Assembly: GCF_964355755.1 (NCBI RefSeq)
Contig: NC_092670.1
Coordinates: forward strand, 4,702,201 to 4,766,200
Source of the DNA: Antedon mediterranea
Lineage: Eukaryota; Animalia; Echinodermata
Direction of reading: 5' to 3'
Length of the DNA: 64,000 nt
The position numbers and the translations under genes are program-made. Positions 62,405 through 64,000 of this stretch are shown here, piece by piece. Numbering within the stretch: position 1 is the first letter of the stretch; each line of letters starts with the position of its first letter. The notes below the pieces were generated by a model. The model ran no database searches. It was given only the letters and a program-made list of their open reading frames with translations, and had not been told where the DNA came from.

Positions 62405-63867
62405 GTATGTTTATTATGAAAATATGCTAGGCCCCCTAGCCAGGCCTCTCTAAGGTAGGCTCTTTGGAAGGCCGATACGGATAACCACTCGGCTACGTCG
62501 GCTGCTTATCGCCGGTGCGGCCCATGGCCTAGCTAGGCCTAGGCCCAATTAAGCTCCTTAGCCCTACTAATGGTTGTTTGCAGCCTATTTTTTTTTAATG
62601 GAATAACCCACTAAGAAGGCCGGTACCTAAAGGCTAAAATGCCCGTGATCCGGCCTGGCTGGTTAGGGAAGAACCATATGTACTGCATGCTGTACTAAAT
62701 ACTTTATGTAACAATGTAACATCTAAGTTAATAACATAAGACTAAAAGAGTAAAGTCCACTTAATCATTATGTAAAGTACCTTGAGATGCATGTTTATCA
62801 TGGAAAGGGCGCTATAAAAATGAAAAATCACATACTCTCTAATTAATTGTGACCACCAAACTCATGTTGTTCTTTACTACACAGGGTCCACCAAGAACAT
62901 CAAGCATGCTGGCTCCCATCATGTTACTTACTGGACACGAGGGAGAGGTGTACTCTGGAAAATTTCATCCGGACGGTCAGAGTATGGCTACTGCTGGCTT
63001 TGACAGGCTTATCTGTGAGTGTAAAGCCTGTTTTCCACTACTAGATTCTATTTTGACAAATCAAACATTTTTGCAGAAAAAAAAAAAAGAATGGGGATAA
63101 TGTTTTATTAATTGAAAGTCTGACAACTCTTGGTGAGTAGAGCAGTCAATCTTTCAACTCTGGAAATATTTTGGACCGCCATTCAACTAAAAAAGTTAGA
63201 AGGCGAGAAATACTTTTCAGCACAAATAGATAAATCGTCTAACATGGTATAAACTAGAGATCAATACAATTGTGACTAAAACATTATGAACACATGTTAA
63301 ACATTATAGTAGTGAAATAAATATATATTAAATAACTAATCTGAAATAATTTTTAATTGTTAAAATTGTAAATAAGTATGATTGTTTAATAATACTATAA
63401 TGGTTTTATAAAATAAGAATTAAAACTATTTTTATTTTGTAGATATGTGGAATGTATATGGAGAGTGTGACAATTATTCAGTGTTGAAAGGACACCAGGG
63501 AGCAATTATGGATCTCCAATATAATACAGATGGAAGGTAAAAAGCAACATGCAAAAAAAAAAGAATCATTTCTCTATACAGATTACTCTTTTTAATGAAA
63601 ATACAAACATTTAATTTTTACAATAAATTCCAACTGTTTTTTTAAGCTTGTAAAGTTTCTTTTAGTAAGATCAAATCAATAGTTGTTTATTGTTTTTATA
63701 GCAACATACTTACAGCATCGACAGACAATACAATTGCATTATGGGACAGTGAAACAGGTGCCAGAATTAAGAGGTTAAAAGGTCACACAGCATTTGTAAA
63801 TTCTTGCTACCCTGCCAGAAGAGGTCCACAGATGGTTGTCAGTGGTGGTGATGATGGAACTATAAGG
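62300..63867 (+). CDS. SNRNP40: U5 snRNP 40 kDa WD40 protein (SNRNP40/WDR57), first 4 exons; continues beyond right edge
   Basis: Exons 62300-62404, 62885-63014, 63443-63536, 63702-63867 in phase: MDIKRKAVEMAIVPSKRRKNEI...GPPRTSSMLAPIMLLTGHEGEVYSGKFHPDG...WNVYGECDNYSVLKGHQGAIMDL...TASTDNTIALWDSETGARIKRLKGHTAFVNSCYPARRGPQMVVSGGDDGTIR. Confidence 0.95.
62885..63014 (+). CDS. SNRNP40: SNRNP40 exon 2
   Basis: ACACAG|GPPRTSSMLAPIMLLTGHEGEVY...AGFDRLI T|GTGAGT. Confidence 0.93.
63443..63536 (+). CDS. SNRNP40: SNRNP40 exon 3
   Basis: TTGTAG|AT MWNVYGECDNYSVLKGHQGAIMDLQYNTDG AG|GTAAAA. Confidence 0.93.
63702..63867 (+). CDS. SNRNP40: SNRNP40 exon 4
   Basis: TTATAG|C NILTASTDNTIALWDSETG...GDDGTIR|GTGAGT. 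Confidence 0.93.
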
Positions 63868-64000
63868 GTGAGTATGTTTTTAACGAAATGTGATTTAATA
63901 ATAATAAAATCTTTATTTATCTAGACTGTAGTATACAGATATTGCCAGCTTATAAAAAAAAAAAATTTCCTGATAGAAAATATGCTTCTGAGACGTCGAA

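Overview
AT-rich animal (invertebrate-like) genomic DNA with spliceosomal introns; not prokaryotic. Three genes can be rebuilt exon by exon with consistent GT-AG phases. (1) A PTPN4/PTPN3 (PTPMEG)-like FERM-domain phosphatase on the minus strand: 7 coding exons at 15105..805, continuing past the left edge, with a probable non-coding first exon near 40.9 kb. (2) A complete 11-exon, 445-aa KICS2/C12orf66 (KICSTOR subunit) on the minus strand, 62026..54668. (3) The first 4 exons of SNRNP40 on the plus strand from 62300, head-to-head with KICS2. The rest is dense with non-autonomous DNA transposons identifiable by TIR and TSD (IS3EU-like self-nested, hAT5-like with 5-bp TSD, hAT/P-like, Harbinger, Pangu-like, Kolobok, MULE-like), plus LINE/SINE tails, a degenerate hammerhead ribozyme and large tandem arrays, including an inverted pair of 97-bp satellites. 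The most unusual signal is pervasive short insertions, TA>TACAGTA/TACTGTA and TAG>TAGGCCTAG, visible by comparing repeat copies. They resemble transposon excision footprints, and the TAGGCCTAG type piles up into near-pure tracts just downstream of each (known or inferred) first exon. Nearly all long ORFs in the supplied track are repeat artefacts.
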